63,987 nucleotides of DNA, filler included, from Globobulimina sp. (GCA_003354225.1; 8 parts of 8 records of this genome joined end to end with filler, not necessarily neighbours in it), one strand, 5' to 3'; positions 10,585 through 23,031 are shown, numbered from the whole stretch's first letter. Numbers and translations are program-made. The notes: a model not told the origin generated them from the sequence alone.

Positions 10585-13075
10585 ATGATAACTTTTCAAG
10601 TATTATTGTGTACGTTTACATTATGGAATGCTGTATTAGCTGTAACCCAAGCATATAACAACACAATCTTAGCTGAATGGACAAGCACTGAAATAATTGA
10701 TTTAAATCTTCAAAAATCAAAAGCTATTTATTCAACAATATCATCTGTTGGGGTTTGGATCCTTGGTGGGTTTGAAATGGATGGAGTAACAATTTCCAAT
10801 TCAATTACTTTTTTAGATTTTAAAACCGATGACACAACAATTTATGATAATTTCTTAGATATTCAAGCAGACATTTTACCATTTCCAGTATATTGTAAAT
10901 CGCAATGTAGTACAACTGTAAATTTTAAAGACATTGTTATTGTCAGTCCCTACACAACGAATGATGATATTATTTATGATTTATTCATCTTTCATTCCTC
11001 AGAGAGAACTGTAACTTCGTTAAGTACTGTTGAACTTGAATGAGTTTAAATTGAAATTTAAAATATTAAATATTGTATACAAAATATTAAATATTCACCA
11101 CAGGAACAACGTTTCTATGGCCATTGAGGTAGCGGATGCCTGCATTACTTCGTCAATGAGTGATTCCACAGTTTGGATCATTGGTGGAATGGATAAAAAT
11201 GGAAATATTTTAGATGTAATACAAAAATATGATACTGAAACAAACGAATGGATACAATTAAATAATACGATGAACATTGCTCGGATGTCTGCTTCGTGCA
11301 ATGTGTATGATAATAAATTATTTGTTTTTGGAGGCACAATAAATCATGAAAATGATACAAATACCATTGAATATTATGATGTTAACAGTGAAGATGAATG
11401 GATCCTTTTACCAGTCAATGACAGTGTATTATCGCGTAAAACGCACCATCATCATTCCATATTAGTTGACAATATAATATTTAATATTGGCGGATTTAAC
11501 GCAGATTCGTATATAATGGATGCTTTTGTTATTAATACTCAAGATGGTGACTTTGAAACATTTGCACAAACAATGAGCAATTTAACTCATTTATATGGTA
11601 TATTTTGTGTTAATGATATACAGCGAAGATTTTTCCTATTTTCAGGTGAAAATGATGCATTAAACACCATTGAAATGATGGAATATTCAAACACCTTGGA
11701 TGAGGATATTAAATTTGATTATTTTGAGCCAACAACATCACCGACCGAAGCACCAACAGCAGCGCGAACAGGGTGGGATGATGTGGCCAAGGATAAGGTG
11801 ATTGAGATTTTAAATTCTAAATTGTTTGACCCAACCACATGGTCCACATTCACCATTGCTGTGGTGATGATCGCAGTGGGTTTAACTTTGATATCTTGTT
11901 TAGCATTTTGTCAACATAAATGTCGTTGCAATCTGTGTGGATGTCGTGGTACGGATGATGTAGAATGGTGGAGATTATTCCGGTATTCATTGCAAGTCTA
12001 TGATTTATTTACAGATATTAATTTTTCAGCAACGCTTTGGATGGAATGGAGCAAATGGACAGCGGTTGAAGATGATGCGAGCGCGGTAAACAAACAAACC
12101 ACATATTATTTTTACGCGGCAGTATTGTCGAGCGTATTTTTAGTATTACCGTATCTTTGCAATTTCTTATTTGTATTATGTCCGTGTGGTTTGCCATCAT
12201 TATTATCACAGCCATCTTACGCCGAGGCTAAAATGTGGATGATAGCTCGAGCTAAATTGTTTGCAGTATTGGTGTTATTATCGGGTGGTGCTTTTGCATC
12301 GTTAACCTTGGTCAATAGTAAAATGTTCGGTCTTTCCTTGTTTACGATGGGATTAAGCCGCCGACCGTTATTACAATTTACAGATATTCAAGTAAAATTA
12401 AGTGTTGTTTTGGAAAATATTCCGCAATTATGCTTGCAACTAAGTGTGATAGTTAACAAGTATTTGAATCCAGATATTTATAATGGGAATGTAATGGATA
12501 TGGTGACCGGAATGTCGTTGGTTTCCTCTGCGTTTTTAATCGTAATTGGCTTAATATCAACCTGTATCATAAAAAGCCAGAGCATGGATGATTTAGAAAT
12601 CACAATTGATGTCACTGCCAGTGAGGTGAATAAGAAAATCATCAAGAAAATCCATGCCTGCTTAGGCTTGCGAAACAGCATTGGACGTGAATTAAGTTTA
12701 GTATTTGGTGTAGCCGATGATGTGATTGAAGTGCCCCGGATAAATAGAACAATGTATGGATGTAAAATCAGATTATACATTGCAAAAACGGATATGTTGA
12801 AAACATTAAAAGATTTACAAAAAAAAACGAACGATATTGCAAAAGTGTTGTCGTTTTTGTTTCGCGTTGATGTTAAAGATATAGCTGTTTATTTGGTTGC
12901 CACCTCATCCGATGTTATTGATAATATTGCAATGGTGTCAGATAATAAGTTAGCTATAAATATGGAAGAAATGAGACAATTATCGACTCATACGGATTAT
13001 TGTAATCCACGTTTGGATGAAGATGATAAATTGGTTTCAGATGATTCTGATGATCAAAAGGCTCAGGATCGCTAA
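10585..13075 (+). CDS. Signal peptide + Kelch beta-propeller + multi-pass membrane domain (XK-like motifs); 2 exons
   Basis: Kelch GG motifs (WILGG, WIIGG, FVFGG, FNIGG); PTTSPTEAPT stalk; several TM helices with YDLFTD and LENIPQLCLQ; intron ~11019-11103. Confidence 0.75.
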
Positions 13076-13177
13076 ATATTTAATTTTATTCGTATATTTT
13101 ATAAGTTTTTGAGTGAGTGTATTGTGTACAATTTTAATTTGTTTTATTTTCTCTCCTTGAAATAATTGTGCTAAACC

Positions 13178-14440
13178 ATGTCGTTTAGGGAGCTTAAACG
13201 TATGTTTCCGAGTTGATGTCCGTATTGGCAGCAGTGTATGGCATAATATATAGTGTTCAGTGAGATAATGAAAAGTTTGGGATACGGAAGATTAATTTCC
13301 TTGGATAATTTCCGAAGGCCAAATTTCGAATTAGTTGCAGATATTTTATATTTTTTCTGTGATCGAATTGAATCATCGATTGATTTGAGTGATGACATAT
13401 CAACAAAATTGAAACGGGTTGAATTTATTAAAAATTGTGCAAATATTCTGGCATCCAAAACGCAGATAAAATTAAAATTAAAAAATCTATATAAATCTGA
13501 TGGCTATGCAGTCAAAGAGCTACTCAAAATTGCTAATTTCTTAAATGAAGCAAATAATATAAATGAAGAAGAAATAGAAATAGAAATTGAGATAAATAAT
13601 AATATTGGTACTAATTTAAACAAATTACGCGAATATACAAATTTGGGCAGTAAAATTGTCGAAAGTGGTGTTAAAATACATAACTTATTAAACAACAATA
13701 ATTCCGATAGGCATAACAGCAAAATAATTGATGAGAAAGTTATTATGTTTTTAGATGAAATGAGTCATAACATTGAAAATTATGACAATAAAATCAAGAA
13801 AAACATTGAAAAAAAGTTAAATCATTTAATAAATGATATTGATGATAACTTAAATGACTTAGAACAAGATAAACTCATTGAAATCAAAGAAAATATCGCA
13901 ATTTTCCAAAAGAAATTAAATGATAAAAATAGTGAGTATCAAAGATTAAATAAACGATTATTATCATTAAAAAATATAAAACCAGCATTTATTGAGGAAT
14001 ATGAAATATTGGAAAGTAAAAATATTGAAATATATGATTTATATACAGAGAAATTTCGAAATTTATCGTATTTACAATCTGAATTAAATAAATATAGAAT
14101 TATTGAATATGAAAAAGAGATGAAAACAAAAAAAAGATTAAAATCCGTGCAAAATAAATTAAGAGAACAAGAATTAAAATTATTAACAAATAATCACGAT
14201 GATGTTGATGATTTGGATTTATTTGATGCGAACCATAGAGAGTCAGGAAACTATGTATCAGCCGCATCGTCAATGACTAATACTAATACTAATTCAGCAT
14301 CGGCATCGGCATCGGCATCGGCATCGGCATCGGCATCAGCATCCACATCGGAAATGACATCACCACAGTCAATGAGTAGAAGCAATGATCGATCTATTGG
14401 CTCAATATCAGATATTGGTGATGAACGCATGCAATTTTAG
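13178..14440 (+). CDS. CLUAP1: Clusterin-associated protein 1 / IFT38 (intraflagellar transport B); 2 exons
   Basis: MSFREL|..SEIMKSLGYGRLISLDNFRRPNFELVADIL, LYKSDGYAVKELLKIA, KPAFIEEYE..E, Y.EKFRNLSYL; intron 13200-13253. Confidence 0.93.
14296..14342 (+). repeat. (GCATCG)n coding microsatellite encoding a Ser-Ala tract
   Basis: Directly visible tandem hexamer. Confidence 0.9.
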
Positions 14441-14549
14441 AGTTATATAGTTAGATTAATTTGACACTTTATTTATTTAAATGTGATATTAATTAGAAAA
14501 AACTTTGCTGCAAACACTCAAAAAAGATGGAGACGTGAAAAAACACCGT

Positions 14550-16150
14550 TTACAGTGATGAAGTTACTAATTGTTTCAATTTATCATCCCCCAAAATAAA
14601 AAGTAACAATCCACGAAATGCAAAATCATAATCGTCCCATGTCACTAACTGTTGAAATAAAAAGAATTGCTTTTTATCATTTGTAATTGATTGAAATCCA
14701 TAGAAAGCACCGGCAATTTGTCCACCAATTGAACCTGTACTATCTGCATCACCTAATAAATTTACACATTTTTCAATTGAATCCGCAAACGACTTGCTAT
14801 GATAAACACAATGTAAACCCATTGCTAATCCATCCATACAGTACGAGCCCCAATAATCAGCACTCACCGGATATCCATTATATTTCTTTCTGTTCCATCG
14901 ATCAAGATCTTTTCCACCTGATCGGGCATAAAATGTTTGTATTATTGGCAATTTCCCATATTTATTCTTCCAATTCCAACATTCTTCCAATCCATTTTCC
15001 GGCTCTGCGGACGCGATCAATCGTAAAATTAATTTTTTTGCATCACCCTCCCTTTGCAATAATTTATATTCCAAATCATCAACCTCATCACCATCATTTT
15101 CCTTTTTTTCTTCATTTAATTCTTTATTCGCATATTTTGCTTTTATCTCTGCCATTTTTGTTGCAATAATTTGAGTTTCATTCTCCAATATTTCCTTATA
15201 TTTATCACAAACATTATCCATAAATTTCTTTACCTTTTTATTTGCTTTTTGTCCGCTATCCATATGAATTGCACTCACAATAATATACGACATAAATGAG
15301 CACGCCTCGCCTGCGATATATCCGGGATGTGTAGTAAAGGAAGATTCCAATGCATATTTCCTTGCATTTGCCGTATTATTATGAAAATAGATGGGCACCG
15401 CAGCCAATCTCATTAGACTGCCGTTGCCAGAATCTTCGCGGTCATGTTTCACCTCAAAGCGAGCTGATGGACTCACCCCATGTTTACAGGAATATATTGA
15501 ACTCGATATATTTCCTCCCAAACCGCAGGAGGCGCTGCGGCTTTTATCCTTTCTAAAGGCATTATTGTATCCGTTATGCCACCAGTTCCAAAAACGTATT
15601 CTTATATCGCTCCCGTTATATTTATCATGGATAATTAATGAATCTGCGAGACATAAACCCATCGCAGCATCGTCGGTCCACTGCCCTCGGTCCAATTGGA
15701 ACTTATTGTATTCATTGTGATATTTTTGTTTTTTATAATCAAATCTTGGTCGAGAAGCATTGGGTTTTGCAATGGCTGTAATTGGCACAAATTCAAGTGG
15801 ATGGCCGCATGCATCGCCAATTCCCATTCCGATCATACAACCAACTGCTCTGTCAATGTATTTATTGTGTTTTGTAATATCATTTATCCATTGTTTTTTT
15901 AATTTTAGTGGTATTTTCTTATTTGGAAATATTGTATATGAACATAATTGATCTCGCATCATCTCATTTTTTTTTGTATCAGTTTTTTTTAAAAAACTAA
16001 AAAAGCCACTTGATTCTGTCTGATTTGCATCATGAAATTTGCCAATTGTTAAATTCATGGTTTTATCCACGGTTCGAACTGTATTCAATATTTCATTTAA
16101 TGTCATTTTGCTGGATTTTTGCAACATTTGCCAAAAAGTATCATCACCAG
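14550..16150 (-). CDS. ADP-ribosylglycohydrolase (ARH/DraG family), possibly 5'-truncated
   Basis: G..IGDACG.PLEF, GQWTDD, SGNGSLMRLA, S..TH, GDADSTGSIGGQIAGAFYG. Confidence 0.93.
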
Positions 16151-16560
16151 NNNNNNNNNNNNNNNNNNNNNNNNNNNNNNNNNNNNNNNNNNNNTTAATT
16201 AATTAANNNNNNNNNNNNNNNNNNNNNNNNNNNNNNNNNNNNNNNNNNNNGTTACATATAATTCCATATTTGTGTCATATTTTATATTTGGTGAGGGAGC
16301 TGGACCAGATGAAGCTGGCAGTCTTATTTTCTTTAAACATTTTCAATTGTAAAAAATAACAGAAATCCGAAATAGCAATGCAAAAGATAACAAACCATAT
16401 TTCTGGAAATTTCTTCTTCAAAACTTTAATAAATGTTTTCGAGTTTTATGTCAAGATCCTATAACAAAAGCCGTTGCTGAGGAATAGAAATAATTAATTA
16501 ATTAATAAACTAGTTGTGTATGTATGTCAATGTATAATTACATATTGATGACTATGATGG

Positions 16561-17475
16561 CTATGATGGGAATAAAGTATCATAGATATGCACAAATATA
16601 TATGTCATAAATGTCGAAATCATAAACACCAATATTAATGTTTTAATATCATACTGTTTTATCCCAGTACCACTTGTATCAATTGCCACACTATCAGCAC
16701 TATTTTGTATTTCTTTACATAAATCATTTAAATTGTCTCCATTAATATTATTTAATGGTTTCTTAACTACACTTTTAACAAATCGTTTAACCGTATTATT
16801 ATTCCATGATTTCATTTGCTTGACATCCAACTGCAAGCTTTGTATTTGTTGCTTATAATCCATATCATCATAATCATAGTCATCATCATCATTTTCTGCG
16901 TCTTTTTCTTCATTGTCATAATGTTCATATTCAATAATTTTGATTGAATCATTTATATCTAAGACACTGACCGCGATCCGATAATATAAATCATGCGCAA
17001 CACTGATATTTTTAAAGGCAATGCCTAAGTCATTCCGATCATTCATAAATGCAATATATCGCTTATTTAAATCTAAAATAATTGTAATGATTTGTCCAGA
17101 TTTGATAGGGAGTCCATATGTTTCATACTCGCTTTTTTGTGATACTTTCATGCCATTTGACGTATATCCATAATGTGGATATAATGTTTGTTTATGAAAA
17201 TTCATACCAACTGTTATTATGCTCGAACTGACGCCAATGCACATCTTTTGGGTCAAAAAAAGCACTTTTAATTTCCAAATATGTTTCCCTTTATTCACTT
17301 TAAGTGCGCCAAACACCGCATTATATCCATATTTTTGTGATTTTGTTGCGATTATTTTGGCTGGATTCAATTTAATTTTTTCTCCTTTGTGTTCCCAAAA
17401 TTCTGAATTTTCCTCATCTTTTTTAAAAATCATCGTGTCTTGACGACCAATTCTAGGTTTAACAAACGGCTGCAT
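16561..17475 (-). CDS. SPRY/B30.2-domain protein with C-terminal TM helix
   Basis: GKHIWKLKV, CIGV, YGY.SNG, GQIITIILDL..R.I.F..., YRIAVS; hydrophobic C-terminus. Confidence 0.8.
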   Translation of the reverse strand: MQPFVKPRIGRQDTMIFKKDEENSEFWEHKGEKIKLNPAKIIATKSQKYGYNAVFGALKVNKGKHIWKLKVLFLTQKMCIGVSSSIITVGMNFHKQTLYPHYGYTSNGMKVSQKSEYETYGLPIKSGQIITIILDLNKRYIAFMNDRNDLGIAFKNISVAHDLYYRIAVSVLDINDSIKIIEYEHYDNEEKDAENDDDDYDYDDMDYKQQIQSLQLDVKQMKSWNNNTVKRFVKSVVKKPLNNINGDNLNDLCKEIQNSADSVAIDTSGTGIKQYDIKTLILVFMISTFMTYIFVHIYDTLFPS

Positions 17476-17551
17476 TGTTTAAGTAATATTCCTAAGTGAA
17501 AAGTGAAAACAAAGTGTTTGAGATAATCTTAGAAACACTTTGCTTTGAAAA

Positions 17552-18409
17552 ATGAACACAACCAAGTTATTATTCAGAAACCCTATAAAAATTAACCCTG
17601 GATATCGCTATTTTGGCATTAAATCATTTGAAGTTTACAATAATTTTTTTAATTATACGATGGATGAATTCATAGCGACGTATATCGAAAATGATATCAA
17701 AGCATTAAAGAAAAACTGCGATAATTTATTATTTATTGGTGCTGGGCCAAAACCATCGATTACAAATTTAATTCCTTATTTTAATAAAATATATTTAGTA
17801 GAACCAAATATTTATTATCATGGTGAATGGAAAGCACTTAATTGGTATAACAATGATAAAATAATTACAATTCATGGAGCATTTGGAACATTTCCAGATA
17901 TTATAAGCACTCATATTAATTTTGATTATATTTTATCGAGTCATGTTGTATATTATGTTAAATTTGCAGACATGTTAAATACATTGAAATTGATGAACAC
18001 ATATTTAGCAAATAAAAGTTATTCGAAATGCATAGTGTCCGTCGCTAAAGATCCTCCGAATGGAAGTGATTGGAGTCATTTTGCACAATCTATACAGCCG
18101 CAATATAAATTACAGGAATTTCTTGAGGCAACACTTAAATCAAATAAATTTAATATTGATGATATTATTGATGAACAAGTCACAGAAAGTAAAGACAGAA
18201 ATGAATTAATAAATGTCTTATCAATGCATTTGAATGATTGTATTGTTGATTATGATATGGTCACAAAATTATTACCAGATCAAATTAATTATTTAACGCA
18301 ACAGTTTATTGATAAAAATTTAAAAGTTGATGATGAAAAAAATCAAAATGTGATTAATAATCATTATTCAAGACATTTTGTTTTGAAAAAATCAAAATTT
18401 TGTGCATAG
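17552..18409 (+). CDS. Class I SAM-dependent methyltransferase
   Basis: LLFIGAGP motif I, YLVEPN motif, FDYILSSHVVYYV. Confidence 0.75.
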   Translation: MNTTKLLFRNPIKINPGYRYFGIKSFEVYNNFFNYTMDEFIATYIENDIKALKKNCDNLLFIGAGPKPSITNLIPYFNKIYLVEPNIYYHGEWKALNWYNNDKIITIHGAFGTFPDIISTHINFDYILSSHVVYYVKFADMLNTLKLMNTYLANKSYSKCIVSVAKDPPNGSDWSHFAQSIQPQYKLQEFLEATLKSNKFNIDDIIDEQVTESKDRNELINVLSMHLNDCIVDYDMVTKLLPDQINYLTQQFIDKNLKVDDEKNQNVINNHYSRHFVLKKSKFCA

Positions 18410-18509
18410 TCAGATGAAAGCGGATCGGAAAAACTTTTTTTGTTTACATAATTTATAATTTATTATTACTCTTTGTTTTTTATTTATTTTGAACAATGTG
18501 TGCGTTCTA

Positions 18510-19077
18510 ATTAGTTGGTGCGGGTTCTAATAAATATGGAACAAATAATTGTTTTTTCTGTGTTGCCTAAACAATGATGAAACCATAGCAAACCAAAAAC
18601 TTGGCAAGAAATTAGAAATACGTACGGCAAACCTTAAAGTAGAGCGTCTGTCTTTGTACCAATTGTGCTGTAAATACCATTAATTTGCAAACACAATACG
18701 GACAAATAGAAACAATATACTGTCATATGACAACGCTATACTGTCAGAGAGAAACAATATAGGGTCAAATGGAAACAGTATTTGTAGACTTGTACATACA
18801 ACAGTATATTGTTTCAGTTGTACATACAACATTGTTTTAGATTTATTGGATGGCTCCGAAATTTCTTGCCACTTATCGTAGCAAAGAATGAAAATTCACT
18901 TTCTGATAAACCAACTGTTGTAATAATATCATCTTCCAACGCAGAAATAGATAAAACACAATGATATGAAGCTATCCATATGGTACTCACTGCAGCCAAA
19001 ATAATCCATTTTTCAGAACTTTCAGAGCGTAAAGAAATGTCATTGACATGATCACCAAAATTAGTTTGCTCCGACAT
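18510..19077 (-). pseudogene. Truncated MFS-like transporter N-terminus interrupted by the MITE
   Basis: KWIILAAVSTIWIASYHC..SISALEDDII..GLSESEFSFFATIS resumes as FWFAMVSSLF once the MITE and one TSD are removed, then stops. Confidence 0.55.
18603..18870. mobile_element. Non-autonomous DNA transposon (MITE), family A copy 1
   Basis: TIR GGCAAGAA...TTCTTGCC; 4-bp TSD ACTT at 18599-18602 and 18871-18874; homologous in reverse orientation to 26852-27134. Confidence 0.85.
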
Positions 19078-19123
19078 GATCAGCAAAAGTGTTTTTTTAG
19101 TTGGAGTGCATTAATTAAAAACC

Positions 19124-20254
19124 ATGTGCTGTGGGTCAAACTCTTCATTTCGAAGACATGAAAAACTGATCTCTGTCCCAGAATTGATATCCGGCGGTGG
19201 CTCGCTATATCCTCACCGTGATCCTTTTTCATCAACATGGTTATACACAAAAATTATATTTTGGTTTGTAGCCTTATTACTCAATGCATATTGCTATACC
19301 ACATGCTTATTGGATACAAATTATTATTCGTTTTTCTTATATTATAACAATTGGGTCCTATTAATAACATTGTTTTATTTTACATTTTCATTGATTTTAT
19401 CAATTCGAATCTATCAAAACACGCAGCCATACCACTTACCATCGTGCTTACAACCAATAAATCAATACTCTCTGTCAGACATAAATGATTTACCGTCAAT
19501 TCGCAATCTAAAATTAAACTTTTTACATAAATATACAAATATTGCATTCCATTTATCTGTGACTAATACCTTTGTACTATGTGTTGCATATTGGAGTGTC
19601 GAATTTGTTCATTCCATTCATGATTTTGAAAATTATTATAAATTCCCAATGCAGCTCAACGTTATCAGTAATTATGCCATTTTATTGCTTTTGATATTAT
19701 TTGATTTCTCCATCAATGCGACAAAATTAAGCTATTCAAATGTGTGGTATATATTAATTATGTCAATTATCTTTCATGTCTGGTCATTTGTGTTCAATTA
19801 CAATGCATTTCTATACCAAAATGACAATGATAATCTATCAGATATATCTAAATTGCCGCGCTTGTTCATATATTATAATTGGGATCAAACCACAGAAAAT
19901 AAATCAATTGTGACCCATTCATTGCTATATATCATATTCGTATCTTTTATATTATATTTATACATCATTGCGACTCATTTTATTTTGTGTTTTATTAAAT
20001 CATTTTTTTTATATAAATGGTCGACTATGAACCAAGCATTCATTGAAAATGCCTTTGATACAGAATTCGAAATGAATGAATTCAGCGATGCGACTGCTTT
20101 GGATGATGATATGATGAATGATAAAGTTGCTTTAGTTGGATACGGACATTATAATGACAATGTTGTTGGAAATGGCATTATTGTTCATGAAAAAATCAAA
20201 GATGAGCTGCAGAGCACAAACCCCACAGACGGTAAACAACAAGAAAGTTTATAA
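19124..20254 (+). CDS. Multi-pass membrane protein, rolling stone/FAR-17a-AIG1-like
   Basis: ~6 TM helices; FLYYNNW.L.IT..YF, V.YW, IYYNW patterns. Confidence 0.6.
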   Translation: MCCGSNSSFRRHEKLISVPELISGGGSLYPHRDPFSSTWLYTKIIFWFVALLLNAYCYTTCLLDTNYYSFFLYYNNWVLLITLFYFTFSLILSIRIYQNTQPYHLPSCLQPINQYSLSDINDLPSIRNLKLNFLHKYTNIAFHLSVTNTFVLCVAYWSVEFVHSIHDFENYYKFPMQLNVISNYAILLLLILFDFSINATKLSYSNVWYILIMSIIFHVWSFVFNYNAFLYQNDNDNLSDISKLPRLFIYYNWDQTTENKSIVTHSLLYIIFVSFILYLYIIATHFILCFIKSFFLYKWSTMNQAFIENAFDTEFEMNEFSDATALDDDMMNDKVALVGYGHYNDNVVGNGIIVHEKIKDELQSTNPTDGKQQESL

Positions 20255-20368
20255 CATTTTTATTGATACAATATTGTTTTTGTAAAATTTTTCTTAGCTT
20301 TCTAACAAAAAACGGTCCAATTTGCGGTCTTTCATTTGCTTTTGTGTCAGGATGACAATGTTAGGACT

Positions 20369-20828
20369 TTAGCGTTGCTTTCTCAGCTCCTGTACTCTCC
20401 AGACCATAAACGTAGATTTACTGACATTTGAGTTGTAAATATAATACATAAAGGCTGCGCTCATAGAACCATGAATAAAAACAGCTGTATATTTTTGATC
20501 TCTCAGTGCTCGGTCAATACATACACCGACATGGAATAAGAGCCAACCCAAAGCAAACACGATTTTAGTCTGACTATCCGGCTGCTTGGCAATTAATATC
20601 GACCCTGATATTTTTGTTTTGGTGACTTGCATCACTCACATTTAGCAAGATAGAAATATTAATACCAATAGAAAAGGAACCAAGCATCATACTAAATCTT
20701 CGTGCGTACATTGACCCATATTTATCCATTTTATGTCCTTTAGTAAAAATATGTGGCGCATACATTGTTGCGCATGCCGTTGCTAACTCCACTGTACCAT
20801 TCACATAAAATAGCGCTTTCAATGACAT
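20369..20828 (-). CDS. Small 4-TM hypothetical membrane protein, spliced
   Basis: Two overlapping hydrophobic ORFs with a plausible short GT-AG intron between them. Confidence 0.55.
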
Positions 20829-21205
20829 TATTGGTATATTGATGCACGCTACGCAGACATTATCTCAATTATGAAAGATTTTCGGTAGTTAATTCAAAAA
20901 GCTTTCTATTTTTAGTTTTTTATCTGCAAGCATCCTCTCGGCGCAGTTCAACCACTTGAAGTGTCCGCACCGGTTTAAGCCACTTCAGTAAGCTCAACAC
21001 TTCAGTAACAGTTGAAAAAAAGTGTAGATTTGGTCCACGCACAATCGAACATCCAACACATCATACCACACAGAATCAATAATAAATACTCAAAAAATAC
21101 TAAATTACGAATCAGCAAATCAATTTATTTCATTTTCCAAATCCTACTGAATTTACTCAAGCAATCCAGACTCAAATACAGAAATAACAAACAAAAAGAA
21201 AACAA

Positions 21206-22310
21206 ATGTCAGAAATCAACGACCGTAAGGAATCCGCCGTTCTCGCACCGCCGTCCATGCCCACCGACATGAACCAAGACAACAAAGATGGAATACTCAT
21301 CGAGCCGCCTTTAAAACGCATGAAAGTGGACGCGCCACAAATGCCGCATTACAACTCCCATAATATCTATTCTCGTCCGCCTGCACCGCCCTCCACACTC
21401 CCAATCCCGTCATTACCTGTCATAATCCCTCCCGTCACGCCATTAGACAACAACAGCCACACCGACAGCAACAGCACCATGCCGATAGACGGCGCTTTAT
21501 CCATAGTCGTGGCGCCATTATCGGAACCCACACAAGAATGGCCGTTATGTGCCTATTGCACCAAAGGCGGAGACTTATCCCGTTGCAGCAGTTGCCGCCA
21601 AGCTTATTATTGCAACAGAGACTGTCAAGTGGCCCATTGGGAGGTTCATTGCGTGATTTGTCAGCCGGGACCACCGCAGCCACCGCCCATCACTATGAAA
21701 AGCGGCAAGATCGTGAAACCGACACATAACACCGCCCACAGCCTCCCTTACAATGACACTTATTCCTATTCACCAAGAACGCCCTCCGCAGCCTATCACG
21801 GCCATCCTAATGGCAGCGGTCATGGACACAGACAGACTCGCTCCCATCGCAGGAATGTGACCATCGACGCCAGCGGCAAAGAGCAGTATTATTGCGAAGA
21901 CTGCGACCGCTATTTCAAGAATGGCCAGGCATTGGGGGGGCATCGGTCGAGGGTACATTCGAGCCGTCGCAATGGAATGGTGGACGCGGATGGCACGCCC
22001 ATTTATAATGGACCCAAAAAGTTTTGTTTCTATAGGTGTTTTGTTCCGTTTTCGTAGTTGTGACTTGTTTGTTTTCTGTGTTGTTGTTGGAAACAGGCGA
22101 CGAAGACCCAGACCTTCGCGAGCCAGACATGAGCCGACCGGCAGCGGACGCTATGTCTGTCCGCACTGTTCGAGAGAGTTTACCAGCGGCAATGCGTTGG
22201 GTGGACATATCAGCGGTGCTCATACCAAGAAATCCAAGAGGAATCTCAGGAATTATCAACCAGATAATGGTATGCCCAGATATGCGCGACCGAGACATCC
22301 CAATATCTGA
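21206..22310 (+). CDS. MYND zinc finger + two C2H2 (QALGGH/NALGGH) zinc fingers, putative transcription regulator; 2 exons
   Basis: CAYC....RCSSC..AYYCNRDCQ.AHW..H...C; CEDC..F.NGQALGGHRSRVH; CPHC..F.SGNALGGHISGAH; intron 22021-22096 yields a PKKRRR NLS-like motif. Confidence 0.88.
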
Positions 22311-22648
22311 AAATATATTGTTAGCATTATTGAAAATTAAAAGGAATTTATAACAAGTATTTGGATGAAAATGTAATCAAAATTGACAGTAATATGAAAT
22401 GTTATTCACATTGTTTTTTTTTTGAATTGTTTGGATTTGGTTGTTAATTTTGTTTTTTTTTCATAAAATTCATTATCATTTATTGCTTTATATAATATCC
22501 GATTGTAATACAATTTCGGTCGGTGTTGTCTGTGAAATTTGTGAGCCTGGAATCGGACTTACGTATTAGTCATAGTTAGATTTCATTAAAAACAGTTTAC
22601 GATCTGATTCGATGTGTTTTGCGTCGCATGCAATATGACAAAATATTA

Positions 22649-23031
22649 TCAATGATGCTTGAATTCAGAAGGTGTATCAGGACCCAATCTATGAACCCAT
22701 TTTTCAAATTCAATTTTAAATATTTTTCTTTCCGATGCGTAATTATCTCTCAGTTGTTCCAATCCTTTGCGTCTTCGATCAACAATCAATCGTCTCCGAA
22801 AATACAAATCTCGATCTCTCTTCCTGTCCAATCCCCATTTAGTTTGTATTCGAGGAGATCCATAATCTGCAAAAAGGAAATATGCATTACAGCAGAGTCA
22901 AAAAGCAATAATAAATAATAACTGTACAACCACCAATATCCAAAATGTAAGAGAGGAATGGGAGTGACAAATATGAGAACACGACCATACGCATACGTTG
23001 ATGCTTCCATTGCTTTGTTTGCTGCAGGCAT
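22649..23031 (-). CDS. Small hypothetical single-TM protein; 2 exons
   Basis: GT-AG intron ~22867-22922 joins two ORFs in frame (WWLYNYGSPRIQTKWGLDRKR). Confidence 0.5.

Noticed and set aside
14687-15951. Many short ORFs antisense to or overlapping long genes (here and throughout the ORF track)
   Set aside because: Shadow ORFs of real coding sequence with no independent motifs.
18690-18830. CRISPR-like short repeats (GAAACAATA, TTGTACATACAAC)
   Set aside because: Irregular, degenerate and internal to the MITE; no constant repeat-spacer periodicity or cas genes.
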